Source: the human T2T-CHM13v2.0 reference genome, Homo sapiens. From it: a DNA stretch of 64,000 bases. This document shows positions 25,971 to 46,729 of the stretch, piece after piece. A program made the position numbers and the translations under genes. Position 1 is the stretch's first letter. Every line of letters begins with the position of its first letter. The stretch is from NCBI RefSeq assembly GCF_009914755.1, contig NC_060947.1. One strand, 5' to 3'. The notes below the pieces were generated by a model, which did not search any database, was not told where the DNA came from, and saw nothing but the letters and a program-made list of their open reading frames with translations.

Positions 25971-26522
25971 CTATACAAACACATGGAAATTAAACAACAT
26001 GCTCCTGAACAACCAGTGGGTTAATGAAGAAATCAAGAACAAGGTTGAAAAATTTCTTGGAGGTCTTTGGGATGAGGAGCCAAGATGGCCGAACAGGAAC
26101 AGCTCTGGTCTACAGCTCCCAGCATGAGCGACGCAGAAGATGGGTGATTTCTGCATTTCCAACTGAGGTAACGGGTTCATCTCACTGGGGTGTGCCAGAA
26201 AGTGGGTGCAGGACAGTGGGTGCAGAGCACCTTGCATGAGCCGAAGCAGGGTGAGGCATCGCCTCACCCAGGAAACGCAAGAGGTCAGGGAATTCCCTTT
26301 CCTAGTCAAAGAAAGGGGTGACAGATGGCACCGGGAAAATCGGGTCACTCCCACCCTAATACTGTGCTTTCCCAATGGGCTTAAAAAATGGCACACAAGG
26401 AGATTATATCCCACACCTGGCTCGGAGAGTCCTACGCCCACAGAGTCTCCCTCATTGCTAGCACAGCAGTCTGAAATCAAACTGCAAGGTGGCAGTGAGG
26501 CTGGGGGAGGGGTGCCCGCCAT
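25971..26522 (-). CDS. L1 antisense ORF0, C-terminally extended (183 aa); translation unproven
   Basis: MAGTPPPASLPPCSLISDCCASNEGDSVGVG...RVGVTRFSR matches primate L1 ORF0. ATG at 26522 in strong context (gcaATGg). The frame stays open to the stop at 25971. Confidence 0.5.
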   Translation of the reverse strand: MAGTPPPASLPPCSLISDCCASNEGDSVGVGLSEPGVGYNLLVCHFLSPLGKHSIRVGVTRFSRCHLSPLSLTRKGNSLTSCVSWVRRCLTLLRLMQGALHPLSCTHFLAHPSEMNPLPQLEMQKSPIFCVAHAGSCRPELFLFGHLGSSSQRPPRNFSTLFLISSLTHWLFRSMLFNFHVFV

Positions 26523-27000
26523 TGCCGAGACTTGATTAGGTAAACAAAGTGGCCAGGAAGCTTGAACTGGGTGGAGCCCACCACAGCTCAAGGAGGCCTG
26601 CTTGCCTGCCTCTGTAGGCTCCACCTCTGGGGGCAGGGCACAGACAAACAAAAAGACAGCAGTGACCTCTGCAGACTTAAATGTCCCTGCCTGACAGCTT
26701 TGAAGAGAGGAGTGGTTCTCCCAGCTCGCAGCTTGAGATCTGAGAACGGGCAGACTGCCTCCTCAAGTGGGTCCCTGACCCCCGAGTAGCCCAACTGGGA
26801 GGCACCCCCCAGTAGGGGCGGACTGACACCTCACACAGCCAGGTACTCCTCTGAGACAAAACTTTCACAGGAACGATCAGGCAGCAGCATTTGGGGTTCA
26901 CCAATATCCGCTGTTCTGCAGCCACCACTCCTGATACCCAGGCAAACAGGGTCTGCAGTGGACCTCTAGCAAACTCCAACAGACCTGCAGCTGAGGGTCC
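26074..27000. promoter_or_regulatory. L1 5' UTR with internal sense promoter and antisense promoter
   Basis: YY1 motif ccaagatggc at ~26080. SOX-type acaaag/acaaac sites at ~26544 and ~26645. Many CpGs have decayed to TG/CA. Confidence 0.7.
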
Positions 27001-27102
27001 TGTCTGTTAGAAGGAAAACTAACAAACAGGAAGGACATCCACACCAAAAACCCATCAGTGTGTCACCATCATCGAAGACCAAAGGTAGATAAAACCAAAA
27101 AG

Positions 27103-28129
27103 ATGGGGAAAAAACAGAGCAGTAAAACTGGAAACTCTAAAAATCAGAGCACCTCTCCTCCTCCAAAGCAACACACCTCCTCACCAGCAACGGAGCAAAG
27201 CTGGACAGAGAATGACTTTGACGAGTTGAGAGAAGAAGGCTTCAGACAACAAACTACTCCAAGCTACAGGAGGACATTCGAACCAATGGCAAAGAAGTTA
27301 AAAACTTTGAAAAAAAATTAGATGAACGGATAACTAGAACAACCATTAAAGAGAAGTGCTTAAAGGACCTGATGGAGCTGAAAACCAAGGCATGAGAGCT
27401 ACCTGACATGCTTCTGACGAATGCAGAAGGCTCAGTAGCCGATGCAATCAACTGGAAGAAAGGGTATCAGTGATGGAAGATGAAATGAATGAAATGAAGT
27501 GAGAAGAGAAGTTTAGAGAAAAAAGAATAAAAAGAAATGAGCAAAGCCTCCAAGAAATATGGGACTATGTGAAAAGACCAAATCTACGTCTGATTGGTGT
27601 ACCTGAAAGTGACGGGGAGAATGGAACCAAGTTGGAAAACACTCTGCAGGATATTATCCAGGAGAACTTCCCCAATCTAGCAAGGCAGGTCAACATTCAA
27701 ATTCAGGAAATACAGAGAATGCCACAAAGATACTCCTCGAGAAGAGCAACTCCAAGACACATAATTGTCAGATTCACCAAAGTTGAAATGAAGGAAAAAA
27801 TGTTAAGGGCAGCCAGAGAGAAAGGTCGGGTTACCCACAAAGGGAAGCCCATCAGACTAACAGCGGATCTCTCGGCAGAAACTCTACAAGCCAGAAGAGA
27901 GTGGGAGCCAATATTCAACATTCTTAAAGAAAAGAATTTTCCACCCAGAATTTCATATCCAGCCAAACTAAGCTTCATAAGTGAAGGAGAAATAAAATCC
28001 TTTACAGACAAGCAAATGCTGACAGATTTTGTCACCACCAGGCCTGCCCTAAAAGAGCTCCTGAAGGAAGCACTAAACATGGAAAGGAACAACCAGTACC
28101 AGCCACTGCAAAAACATGCCAAATTGTAA
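27103..28129 (+). pseudogene. L1 ORF1p, disrupted
   Basis: Starts MGKKQSSKTGNSKNQS and ends ...QPLQKHAKL. Frameshift near 27250, an insertion near 27405 and premature stops; only 27569-28129 is open. Confidence 0.95.
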
Positions 28130-28192
28130 CGACCATCAAGGCCAGGAAGAAACTGCATCAACTAACGAGGAAAACAGCCAGCTGACATCATA

Positions 28193-32140
<3,948 letters not shown>

Positions 32141-32916
32141 ACAATGAGAACACATGGACACAGGAAGGGGAACATCATACACCGGGGACTGTTGTGGGGT
32201 GGGGGGAGGGTGGAGGGATAGCATTAGGAGATATACCTAATGCTAAATGAGGAGTTAATGGGTGCAGTACACCAATATGGCACATGTATACATATGTAAC
32301 ACACCTGCATGTTGTGCACATGTACCCTAAAACTTAAAATATAATAATAATAAAATAAAAAAAAAAATTTCTTGGAAAAAAATGATAATGGAAACGCAAC
32401 ATACCAAAACTTATGGGATATAGTGAAAGCAGTACTAAGAGCGTAGTCCATAGCTATAAGCACCTACATTAAAAAAGAAAAAAAAAACTTCAAATATATA
32501 TACCAATAAATTGGAAAATTTAGAAGTGGATAAATTCCTAGACACATACAGCCTGCCAAGATTAACCATGAAGAAATCCAAAACCTGAACATACCAAGAG
32601 CAAGTAACAAGATCAAAGCCATAATAAAAAGTCTCGTAGTAAAGAAAAGTTAGAACCTGTTTGCCTCACTGCTGAATTCTACCAAACATTTAAAGAACTA
32701 ATGCCAATACTGCTCAAGCTATTCTGAAAAATTGAGGAGGAGGAAATACTTCCAAACTCATTCTGTGATGCCAGTATTACTCTGATACCAAAACCAGATA
32801 AAGGAACATCAGGAGAAAACAAAACGAAACTATAGGCAAATATCACTGATAAATGTTGATGCAAAAATCCTCTAAAAATATTAACAAAACAAATTCAAAA
32901 ACATATTTAAAAGATG

Positions 32917-36886
<3,970 letters not shown>

Positions 36887-39284
36887 TTAGTGATGCAAGG
36901 ATTGTTCATCATATTCAAATCAATCAATATAATATATCACATCAGCAGAATGAGGAATAAAACCCATATGATCATTTCAATTGATGCTGTAAAAGCATTT
37001 GGTAAATTCAACATCCCTTCATGATAAAAACCCTCAAAAAACTGGGTATAGAAAGAACTTACCTCAACATAACAAAAGCCATATATGACAGACCCACAGC
37101 TAGTATCAGACTGAATAGGGAAAAACTGAAAGCCTTTCCTCTAAGATCTGAAACACAACATGGATGCCCATGTTCACCACTGTGATTAAACATGGTACTG
37201 AATGACTTACCTAGAGCAATCAGACAAGAGGAGGAAGCAAAGGGCATCTCGGTTGGAAAGGAAGAATTTAAATTATCCTTGTTTGCAGATGATATAATCT
37301 TATATTTGGAAAAACCTAAAGACTCCATTAAAAAATGAATAGAACTGGTAAACAAATTAAGTAAAGTTGCAGGACACAAAATCAACATACAATAATCAAT
37401 AGCATTTCTGTATACCAACAGCAAACAATCTGAAAAATAAGTCAAGAAAATAATCCCATTTAGAATAGAGACAAATACACTAAAATACTTAGGAATTAAC
37501 CAAATAAGTGAAAGATCTCTACAATGAAAACTTCAAATCATTCAGGAATGAAATTGAAGAGATCACTAAAAATGTAAAAAAGGAAAGCTCTTCCATGTTC
37601 ATAGATTGGAAGAATCAATATTGTTAAAATGTCTATAATACCCAAGGCATTTTACAGATTCAACGCAATCCCTATCAAATTACCCACATGCCTTTCTTCA
37701 CAGAAATGGAAAAAATAATTCTGAAATTTATATGGCACCATAAAAGACCCAGAATAGCTAAAGCTATCCAGCAAAAAGAGCAAAACTGGAAGAATCACAT
37801 TACTTGACTTCAAATTATACTGCAGAGCTATAATAACCAAAACAGCATGGCACTTGCATAAAAACAGAGACATAGACCAGTGGAACAGAATAAGAAACCC
37901 AGAAACAAATCCATACAACTACAGTGAACTCATTTTTTTTACAAAGGTGCCAAGAACATACAATGGGGAAAATATAGTGTTTTCAATAAATGGTGCTGGG
38001 AAAACTGGATATACCTATGTAGAAGAATGAAACTAGCTTCCTATCTGTTGCCATACTAAAATGCAAAATCAAAATGGATTAAAGGCTTAAATGTGAGAAC
38101 TGAGACCTCAAACTATGAAACTACTACAAGAAAATATTAGAGAAACTCTCTAGGACATTGGTCTGGGCAAAATTTCTTGTGTAGTACCCCACAAGCAGAG
38201 GCAGCCAAAGCAAAAATGAACAAATGGTATCACATCAAATTAAAGAGCTTCTGCACAGAAACAAGAACCACAACAACAACAAAACAATAAAGTGAAGAGG
38301 CAGCTCACAGAATGGGAGAAAATATTTGCAAACTACCCATCTGACAAGGGATTAATAACCAGAATATACAGAGAGCTCAAACAACTCTATAAGAAAAAAA
38401 ATCTGGTTAAAAATGGGCAAAAGATCTGAATAGACATTTTTCAAAAGAAGACATACAAATAACAAACAGGAATATGAAAAGGTGCTCAATACCATTGATC
38501 ATCAAAGAAATGCAAATCAAACTACAGTGAGACAGCATCTCACCCCAATAAAAACGACTTTTATCCAAAAGACAGGCAATAACTAACGCTGGTGAGGATG
38601 TGGAGAAAAGGGAATCCTTGTATACTATTGGTGGGGATGTAAATTAGTACAACCACTATGGAGAGCATAGTGAAAAAACTATAAGTAGAGTTATCCTTCA
38701 ATCCAGCAATCCCACTGCTGGGTATGTGCCTCAAAGAAAATAAATCAGGATATGGAAGGGGTATCTGCACTCCTGTGTTTATTGCATCACTATTCGCAAT
38801 AGCCAAGATTTGGAAGCATCCTTTATCCGTCAGCAGACAAATGAATAAATAAAATGCAGTATGAGATAGAGAGTAAAAGGATGCTTATCAGAGGCTGGGA
38901 AAAGCAGTGGGGGTGGGTTTGGGGGGAGTGGGGATAGTTAATGGGTACAATAAAGCAGTTAGAAAGAATGAATATGAACTAGTATTTGCTAGCATAACAG
39001 GGTGACTATGGCAAAAATTTTTAACAATATATATAAGATATTCTCTTCTTCACAAAAGATCTTTATTTAGTGAACTTACTTCTTTATGGATTGATTGGGG
39101 TAATGGGAGTAGGAGTCTTTTACTAAGCTCTGAGAGGATGGCTGGAAGTATCTTGGCCCTGACATTAGAATGTAGGGATAGATAGCTAACAGCTATGGTC
39201 CTCAGCTTTGGAACTCTAATGCAAATTCAGACAACAGAAATATTTTTCAACATAAGTTTTATGGAGCATTTGACATATGGAAGT

Positions 39285-39620
39285 AGTAGAAGGACAAACT
39301 GGACACTATTCCAAAAAAAAAGGAGAGCCAAAATATATGTGCAATGAAGTAGCATTGTTCATAATTGTAAAAAAAAAAAATGAAAAAACCTGAACATCCA
39401 CCAGTAGAAAAAGTTAAATAACTATGGGGCCTCCACACATGGTAATATATCAAATATATAATGCTTTCAGAAAATGACGTGTATATATCTATACTAACTT
39501 GGAAAGGCTGCTAAGCAAAACATCAAACATCAAGATTCAGGATATAGAATAAAAGTTATAGAATCTAGAATAATTCTATAATATGCATACACATAGACTT
39601 AGACTTTAATATATATTAAA
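39285..39620 (+). mobile_element. L1ME 3' fragment
   Basis: gtagcattgttcataattgtaaaa...aaaaacctgaacatccaccagtagaaaa...aaataactatgg. Confidence 0.55.
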
Positions 39621-42600
39621 ATGTAAATACAAAAGCCATTACCTGCCACCTCACCCCACAATACTATCTCCTTCCTAAGGAGGATTTTTATTTGTTTGTG
39701 TCTCTCTGATCCTGAATCTTTGTGGTGGTGTTTAGAGGTAATAGGTGAAAATGCCAATTAAGGGTAGCTTAGAAACTCTAATTTGATTCTCATATAGGCA
39801 GAGTACGGAGCTACCTGAGGAAAGAAGAAATAGGTAGGCTGGAATTTTTTGAGAGAGGAAAAAAGACATCATGGTGACTTTGAAGGAGAGAATTGTTTAA
39901 AGAGGAATTTTTGGAAATTCCTGTGTGTATAGAGAGTATGGGGGTATTATTTCCCACTCCTCATTCTCTGTTCAAGGTGCTTCAGTAAAAGCAGATATTA
40001 GATTTTAAAGCATTAGCTAGTTAAATTTGGATTTCTTATGGATATGACGTTGTGATGAGACCAGTTTAAGGTAGTAGCAAAAAGGCTTTGTTTTATTTGT
40101 AGGAGATATATATATATATATAATTTGTAGGATATATATGTGTTAAATATTACATTATTTATTATATAGGGTTAGGGTTAATATTGTATTTTTTATTACA
40201 TATATTTTATAGGCATAGAAAATGTTTTTAAAGTGTCCAACAAACCATTGATAGCCACAAATGGTTACTTCTAGTAATTAGGTTGAGTGGAAATATTGGA
40301 GAGGAATGAAGACATGCTTTTTTTTATTGTATGTTTCTTCTATACATTGTTACTTGTTAACAGCAGGACTATATTGTTTTATAATAAAAAAAAGAGTAAC
40401 AAAGAAAACGGAAAAAGTATGACCTGTTCTGGGGTCAATTAATAGAGAAATGTGTGGCTGGATGTTAGATTCTTGAGCTGAAAGGAATGTTTAGAGATAA
40501 GACTAAAATGGTAAGCTGAAAACAGATTATATACCTTCTGCTTCATCAAAGACGTACAACTTGACCCTGTTGGCAGTAGAGGACTTCAGAGGAATATTTT
40601 TGCCCTGAAATAACATGACTAGAACTGTGATTTGGATAGAGAACACACTTTCTCTTCATGATGTGTTTCTAACATCATTTAACTTACTAGTTTTTTCAAC
40701 TCTTCTTTACTTCTTTCATTTTTGTTTGTTTCTAAATAATTATCTCATGAGCACAGTAACTGAAGCATCTGAATAATATATGTAGTAAATTATTTGGAAA
40801 CTATAAATAATTATATACATGTTAGTTATTTTATTATTATTATAACTTTATCCAACTTTAATTCATGGTTTATGTCTTTAAATCATTGTTTTCTGATTTA
40901 TTTCTGGGTTGCCAATTATGGTCTCATTACATAATTGCCCCATGAAGCTTTCTGTATTCTTTTTTAGTATCTCTCAGTTTAGTGTTCCATTCCAATTAAA
41001 GTTGTGTGGAATTTTAAATAACATTTCCAGCACCGTTTACTTATTCTTTTAATGTTTGCATACGCCTTCCTTTTCTGCTTTATGTACTACTATTTGTAAA
41101 ACCCTACTATTTTTCATGATTGTCCATTATTAAACAAGTGCTCATTTCATCACAGGGAGAGGGCATGCACAAGTATCAGACAGTGCCATCTGATATGTGG
41201 TATTAGAGACCTGTTATCAGGAAAAAGAGGCATTCAGGGCAACAGCAGAATTGTGATTAGAGGTGATGTAACTGAAAGACCTATGTAATGTCAGTATGTA
41301 TCTCCCAGTTAGTTAAATCTTAACAAACGTTCCAGGACTTTCTGAACCTCAGAGAAAAGAGAATGTTTAGCATTAATCAAACAAATTCCTAGCAGATAGC
41401 AAACATTAGCCGTGTACCTGAAGCAAAAGGAAGAAAGCAAAAGGAGAGGTAGTCCAATCTTTGTTTTGAAACATGAATAGACTCCTTTTTTTTATTATAA
41501 GAAGGGAAGACCATTTTAATCAAGACATTAATCAAACTCCCACTAACTCTTTTAAGAAAAGAAAGATCTACAAAAGCCAGTAACTTGAGCTACTTAAGCT
41601 GTTTCCCTCTTAAAGGGCTTAATGATAATTCATTTTACCTCCAGTTAAGTCCAACCACACTACTCACTACACGCCAGAGAGAGGCTCATCCTAGATAATA
41701 ATTCAGAGAATCAAACAAATTTGCTAGATTCTCCTGGTAAGAAATCTCATTCCACATTAGTCTCCTGGAAAAATCACAGGTAGAATTTTCCCAGAGAGAT
41801 ATAAATGATGGCACTTTGGACCTCATTTACCTCCCCAGAAATAGTGAAGCCAAGCATTCTGTCAACTGTACAAATATGTTCAATGAGCCTGTTTGAAAGC
41901 TAGCAAAGATTTTTTAAAATTCAGATTTGCCTGCCGTTAATATCTGTTTATACTCATATCAACCTATTTAAAAAATATGTTTATAATTGTCATTGTGGTA
42001 TTTTACACATTATCCGTTGATAGTAATTTCATTTTCAGTTTCAGTTTTTAGGGGTACACAATTTAAACAAGGAATAGTTAATACACTGAATAGACCAAAA
42101 GCACTGTTTTGTGACTCCTGGGGTTTTGGGGGAGGGGGTGGAGGGATTACGGATGCGGTGTTTTTTGGAAGGCTAGAGATTACAAAGCAGGGTGTTTAAA
42201 AACATACGCAAGAAAATATAATTTAGCAGACTTCCATTTCAGGTTGTATATCAGATTATATAGCATGAACTACCCTCTCTACTGAAACACTAAAATTCTT
42301 GATTAAATAGAAAGGGCACCCTCATTGTTGAGCTCAAATAAAAGTAGAAAATCAGTGGAACCAAAAAAAAAAAAAAAAAAAAAAGCTACAGCAAGAATCC
42401 AGAGGAGATGGGAGTGGAGTCAGTGCTAAAGGCAATTTTCAACCTTGAGTTTTTGCCAAACTTTGGAGACTTTGAGCTTCTTCTTTTCAGGACTGCATAT
42501 GATGTAGAGGATAGGACCAGGACAGTTTCAAATGGAGTTTTCTCTAATTCATTCCCCACATATGCATAGGGCTCCAAAGGACTACACCCCCCATAACCAT

Positions 42601-43104
42601 GAAATAAGGGTGAATTGAAAATTAAACACCTTTCCAAAGGACAGAAATAAAACTTGGCTATCATTAAACTACTACTAGCTGATAAGAACATAAAATACTT
42701 CCTAAGAATTCATACTACTTATATTGTCCAAAAACCTCAAGTGGGAAATTAAATTGACTGTAGTACAGGTTTGGCACCATTCCCAACAGACTGCAGGAGC
42801 AAATAGAAATTTGTTCCAGAAGAACTCAACTTCAATCCAGACTTTTAAGAATTAGCAAATACAAAGTTTTAAATGAAAATGAACATTTCAGAGTTAAAAA
42901 TCATAAAATATACCGGAAACAAAGTATCATAAGTGAGAATCAGAAAAACTGACAGGCAGTAGAACCAGACACCATGAAGCTTGAGATATTAGATTTATCA
43001 AATACAAAGTAGAAAATATTGATGTTTATAGAGATAAAAGAACAAGGTGAAAGCAGATATGACAACAGCCAACTAGAACTTCTAGAAGTGAAAAATAAAA
43101 AACG

Positions 43105-44265
43105 GATTTTTAAACTTTTCTGTTTAAATAATTATAGATTCACAGGAAATAGTAAAGGTAGTACAGAGAGGTCCCATATTGGGTCCCTTCACCCAATTTC
43201 ACCCAATATTTACATCTTACATAACTATAATGCAATGTCAAAATCTGGAAATTCATATTGGTATAAAGCATGTACTTCAGGGAGAAAGAAAATAAAAAGT
43301 TCTATGTCATTTAATCAAAGATATAGAATCTATAACCACGATGGCAATCAAGATACGGAACTATTCCATTACCACAAAGAACTCCCTTTTATAATCATAT
43401 GCATCCCCTCACCCTGCCCCTTTCCTAACCCCTAGAAACAAATGATCTGTTCTCCTTCTCTATAACATTGTAATTCTGAGAATGTCATAAAAAATGGAAT
43501 CGTACAGTATGTGATCTTTTGAGTTTTGCTTTATTCACTCAGCATAATGCCTTTGAGATCCATTCAAGTTGCTGTGTGCACCAATAGTTCATTCTCTTTT
43601 ATTGCTGAGTAGCATTCAGTGGTATAGATGTACCATAGTTTGTTTAGCAATTATAGGACAATTTGGCAGTTTCTAATTTTGGGCTATTATAAATAAGTTG
43701 CCACAAACAATCATGTATAGATTTTCCTCTTTGTGTGGATATAGGTTTTTATTTCTCTAAGATAAACGCCAAGCAGTGTGATTGCTGGGTCACATGATAA
43801 ATATATGATAAATATATGTTTAGTTTTTTTTTAAAGAAATTGCCAAACTGTTTTCTAGGGTGGCTGTACCATTCTGCATACCCATATTTTCCTATCATCC
43901 TTTCCAGAATTTGGTGTTGTCACTATTTTCAAATTTAGCTGTTCTAATAGTTGTGTGGTAATATCTCACTGTGGTCTTAATTTACATTTCCCTAATGGCT
44001 AGTGATACTGAACACGTTTTCATGTGATTATTTGCCATCTGTATATCCTCTTCAGTGAAATGTCTTGATGTCTTTGCCTGTTTTCTAATTGGATCATTTG
44101 GTTTTTAAGTGTTGAGTTTTGAAAGTTCTTTATGAGTTATAGACATGAGTCCTTTGTTGGATATGTGGTTTGAAAATATTTTCTCCTAGTCTGTAGTTCA
44201 TCTTTTCATCCTCCTGACAGGATTTTTACAGAGCATAAGTTTTTAATTTTGATAAAGTCAAAACT
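43105..44265 (-). mobile_element. L1MC-class 3' fragment
   Basis: ataattatagattcacaggaaatagtaaaggtagtacagagaggtccca; ggaatcgtacagtatgtg; ttttcatgtgattatttgccatctgtatatcctcttcagtgaaatgtct. Confidence 0.85.
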
Positions 44266-44341
44266 GTCAAGCTAGAATTGTCTATACTACACAACACTAT
44301 TTAAGGAAAGGGGTAAAAATAAAGACATTTGTATGCATATA

Positions 44342-44550
44342 GAGATTCTCAACAATGGGGTACTTCCTGACACCTCTGCGGGGGATTTGTGTAGAAGAAT
44401 TTGTGGTTGTTAAAACATCCAGAGATTTTGCTTTCAGCATTTAGTTGGTGATAGCAAGGGATGTTAAATATCTTGCAATATGAAAACATTCTTGAATGAC
44501 AATGGCTTATTTCACTCAAAATGCCAATAGTACTCCTTTGAAATATACTG
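44342..44550. mobile_element. MER20-family hAT MITE
   Basis: gattctcaac...ttgtggttgt...gcatttagttggtgatagcaagggatgttaaatatcttgcaat...caaaatgccaatagtac. Confidence 0.55.
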
Positions 44551-45033
44551 ACAGAAAGAAAAATTAAGAGTCTACTAAAACAGACCTACACCAAATGCAC
44601 TTCTAAATGACGTACCTCAGAAAGAAGAAAAATAATTTTTACGGAAAGTTTGAAATGCAGAGTAATCACAAGAGGGGAAAAGGTGAATATGAACCAAATT
44701 TAAATAATTATTATTTTATAAAATAACCATAGCCATGTATAATTTGACGAGCTGAAAAAAAACACAGAACTAAAATATTAGACAGTAATAGCAATTAAAG
44801 TGGGAAGGGGGATTGTTGAAATTAAACTTCTAAAGTTCCCATTATCATTCACATTGGTGTTTAAATAAAAGTTTACATTAAATATGCATAGTAAAATTTC
44901 AAGGGTAACCCCAAAACGAATAAGAGATAGAGTTTGAAAATGACAGAAGACAAAGAAAAGTATGAATTCCCTCAATCATATTTTATTCAAAAACAGGTCA
45001 GACAATTTTAAAAAAGACTTTTTTTCCAAGTAG

Positions 45034-45598
45034 TGTAGGCAACCAGAATATCCATCACAAAATATGTTCCTTTGGCAGAAGGATAATTTTGAGCTAAAGG
45101 CAATTGAGAAGAAACAGATGCAAGAAAAGCCCTCTGTTCTCCTTTCATTTGTCCTAAAATCAGGACAAAAATTTACAAAGGCAAAAGTGTCTTTTCTCTC
45201 TACCAGGAAGGACAAAGGTTGATCACCAAAGACAACTTTAGATGCTTATCAGTCTGAAGAAGGCACCAGAGGAATCTACATGGCAAACTTATTAACTAGG
45301 CTTTACCTAATATATTTGCCTTCCCACAATCTGTCACTCCTAGAGATTAAACTCCTTTTTCTTTGTCTTGTCATTGCTCTAAAAATTTACTATTCTTTGT
45401 TAAAGATGCTAAATAAACCAGAGTTCTAAGCTACTTATTTGAGAATTACTTATTTCCTGGGTATCTCCCATGTGTATATAAAATATACATGCTAATAAAC
45501 TTCTGTTTACTTTTCTCTTGTTAATCTATCCTTTGTTCAAGGGGCCCCACCAATGAACTTAGGATGCGCAGAAAAAAAAGTATTTTTCCTCTACTACA
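45034..45598 (+). mobile_element. MER34/MER39-like ERV1 solo LTR with 4-bp TSD gtag
   Basis: TG...CA ends; caaaatatg...ctttggcagaaggataattttgagctaaaggcaattgag; internal aataaa; gtag at 45030-45033 and 45599-45602. Confidence 0.85.
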
Positions 45599-45870
45599 GT
45601 AGGATAAATAGAAATAAAAAGTAAGATTGTGGTAGTAAGCCCTATATATAAATAATCTCATTAACACAAACATATTAGTTAGCTAATAAAAAGACAGAGA
45701 CTCTCAGAGTAACTGAGAAAAAAAAATCTAGCTGTATGCTGTTTGCAAGAGGTGGAACTGAAACAGAAAATTATGGAAAGGTTGCAAGTAAAAGAACATA
45801 AAAGAAATAAAAAACAGTAACCAAAGTAAACCTGGGCTTGTCCTATTAATATCAGTCAAACAGTCGATAA

Positions 45871-46084
45871 CAGAGGTTGTCAAACTACAACCTAATCTAG
45901 CCATTGCTTCTTTTTGCAAATAAAGTTTTATTGCAACCCAGCGGTGTCTATTTGTTTACACCTTATCTATGGCTGCTTTCATGCTACAAAGGGAGAGTTG
46001 AGTAGCTCTGACAATATTGTAGGGACCCCAAAGCCGAAAACATTTACTATCTGGTCCTTTATGGAAGACGTTTGCTGATCTCTG
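45871..46084. mobile_element. MER58A hAT MITE
   Basis: cagaggttgtcaaact ... gtttgctgatctctg terminal inverted repeats; aataaagttttattg; atttactatctggtccttta. Confidence 0.85.
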
Positions 46085-46729
46085 GTCTGTAAGATAAGAA
46101 GGGAAGGTTATTTCAAATCACTACATCACCACATATGGGCAAAAGCTTTCCTTTTTCAATAATATATAACAATTTAAAATTTGTACATGTTTAATAAACT
46201 ACCCCCAAAATGCAGCAGTGGACCATCTATAAGTCATAATAAATAGTACAAATACTCCAAACAAAGTGCCATATTCACTTCAGGCTGCCTGAGTTTCTCT
46301 TTGACTGCCATATCAGCCTGTAGACTGGGGTTAGACAGGATCTAAGTAGATAGTCAAATTACAATCATAGAGACCTGAACCTCTCCTTTTGTAGAAACTG
46401 CTTTTAGGTATAAACAAGCTTACAGAAGTGTGCTTTGAAGGAAAGGAGGGTATAGGGGAGGGAGAAACTTGCTTAACAAAGCCAAAACCAGGGTCAGCAG
46501 GCACCAATAACCAATCAAACCGAACTTTAGTTTTGTGAATGGTACTGTGATGAATGAGGCAATAAATAATATCTAGTCCCAATCTTCAAATAGTTTATAA
46601 TCTATTTAAGAAAACAGGAGCTAATATATACTTGGGGGAAAAATTAAATAACCAATTATGACATACATAGAATTCTAAATCAAAAATACAAGAAAATTTC
46701 CAAGTTAACCAGTTGAATATTATTCAGTA

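Larger units (their letters stand above)
42230..46200 (+). mobile_element. Fragmented ancient L1ME-like 5'/ORF1/ORF2-start region hosting younger inserts
   Basis: ccaactagaacttctagaagtgaaaaata (ORF1); aatttcaagggtaaccccaaaacgaata (inter-ORF); agctgtatgctgtttgcaagag (ORF2 endonuclease). Confidence 0.55.

Noticed and set aside
27703-28161. 152-aa antisense ORF, and similar ones at 6218, 28504, 30365 and 37059
   Set aside because: These are shadow frames of L1 ORF1/ORF2 that recur in L1 copies, with no independent coding evidence.
43019-43435. 138-aa ORF
   Set aside because: It spans the junction of an L1ME ORF1 remnant and an antisense L1MC 3' UTR, so it is a chance frame.
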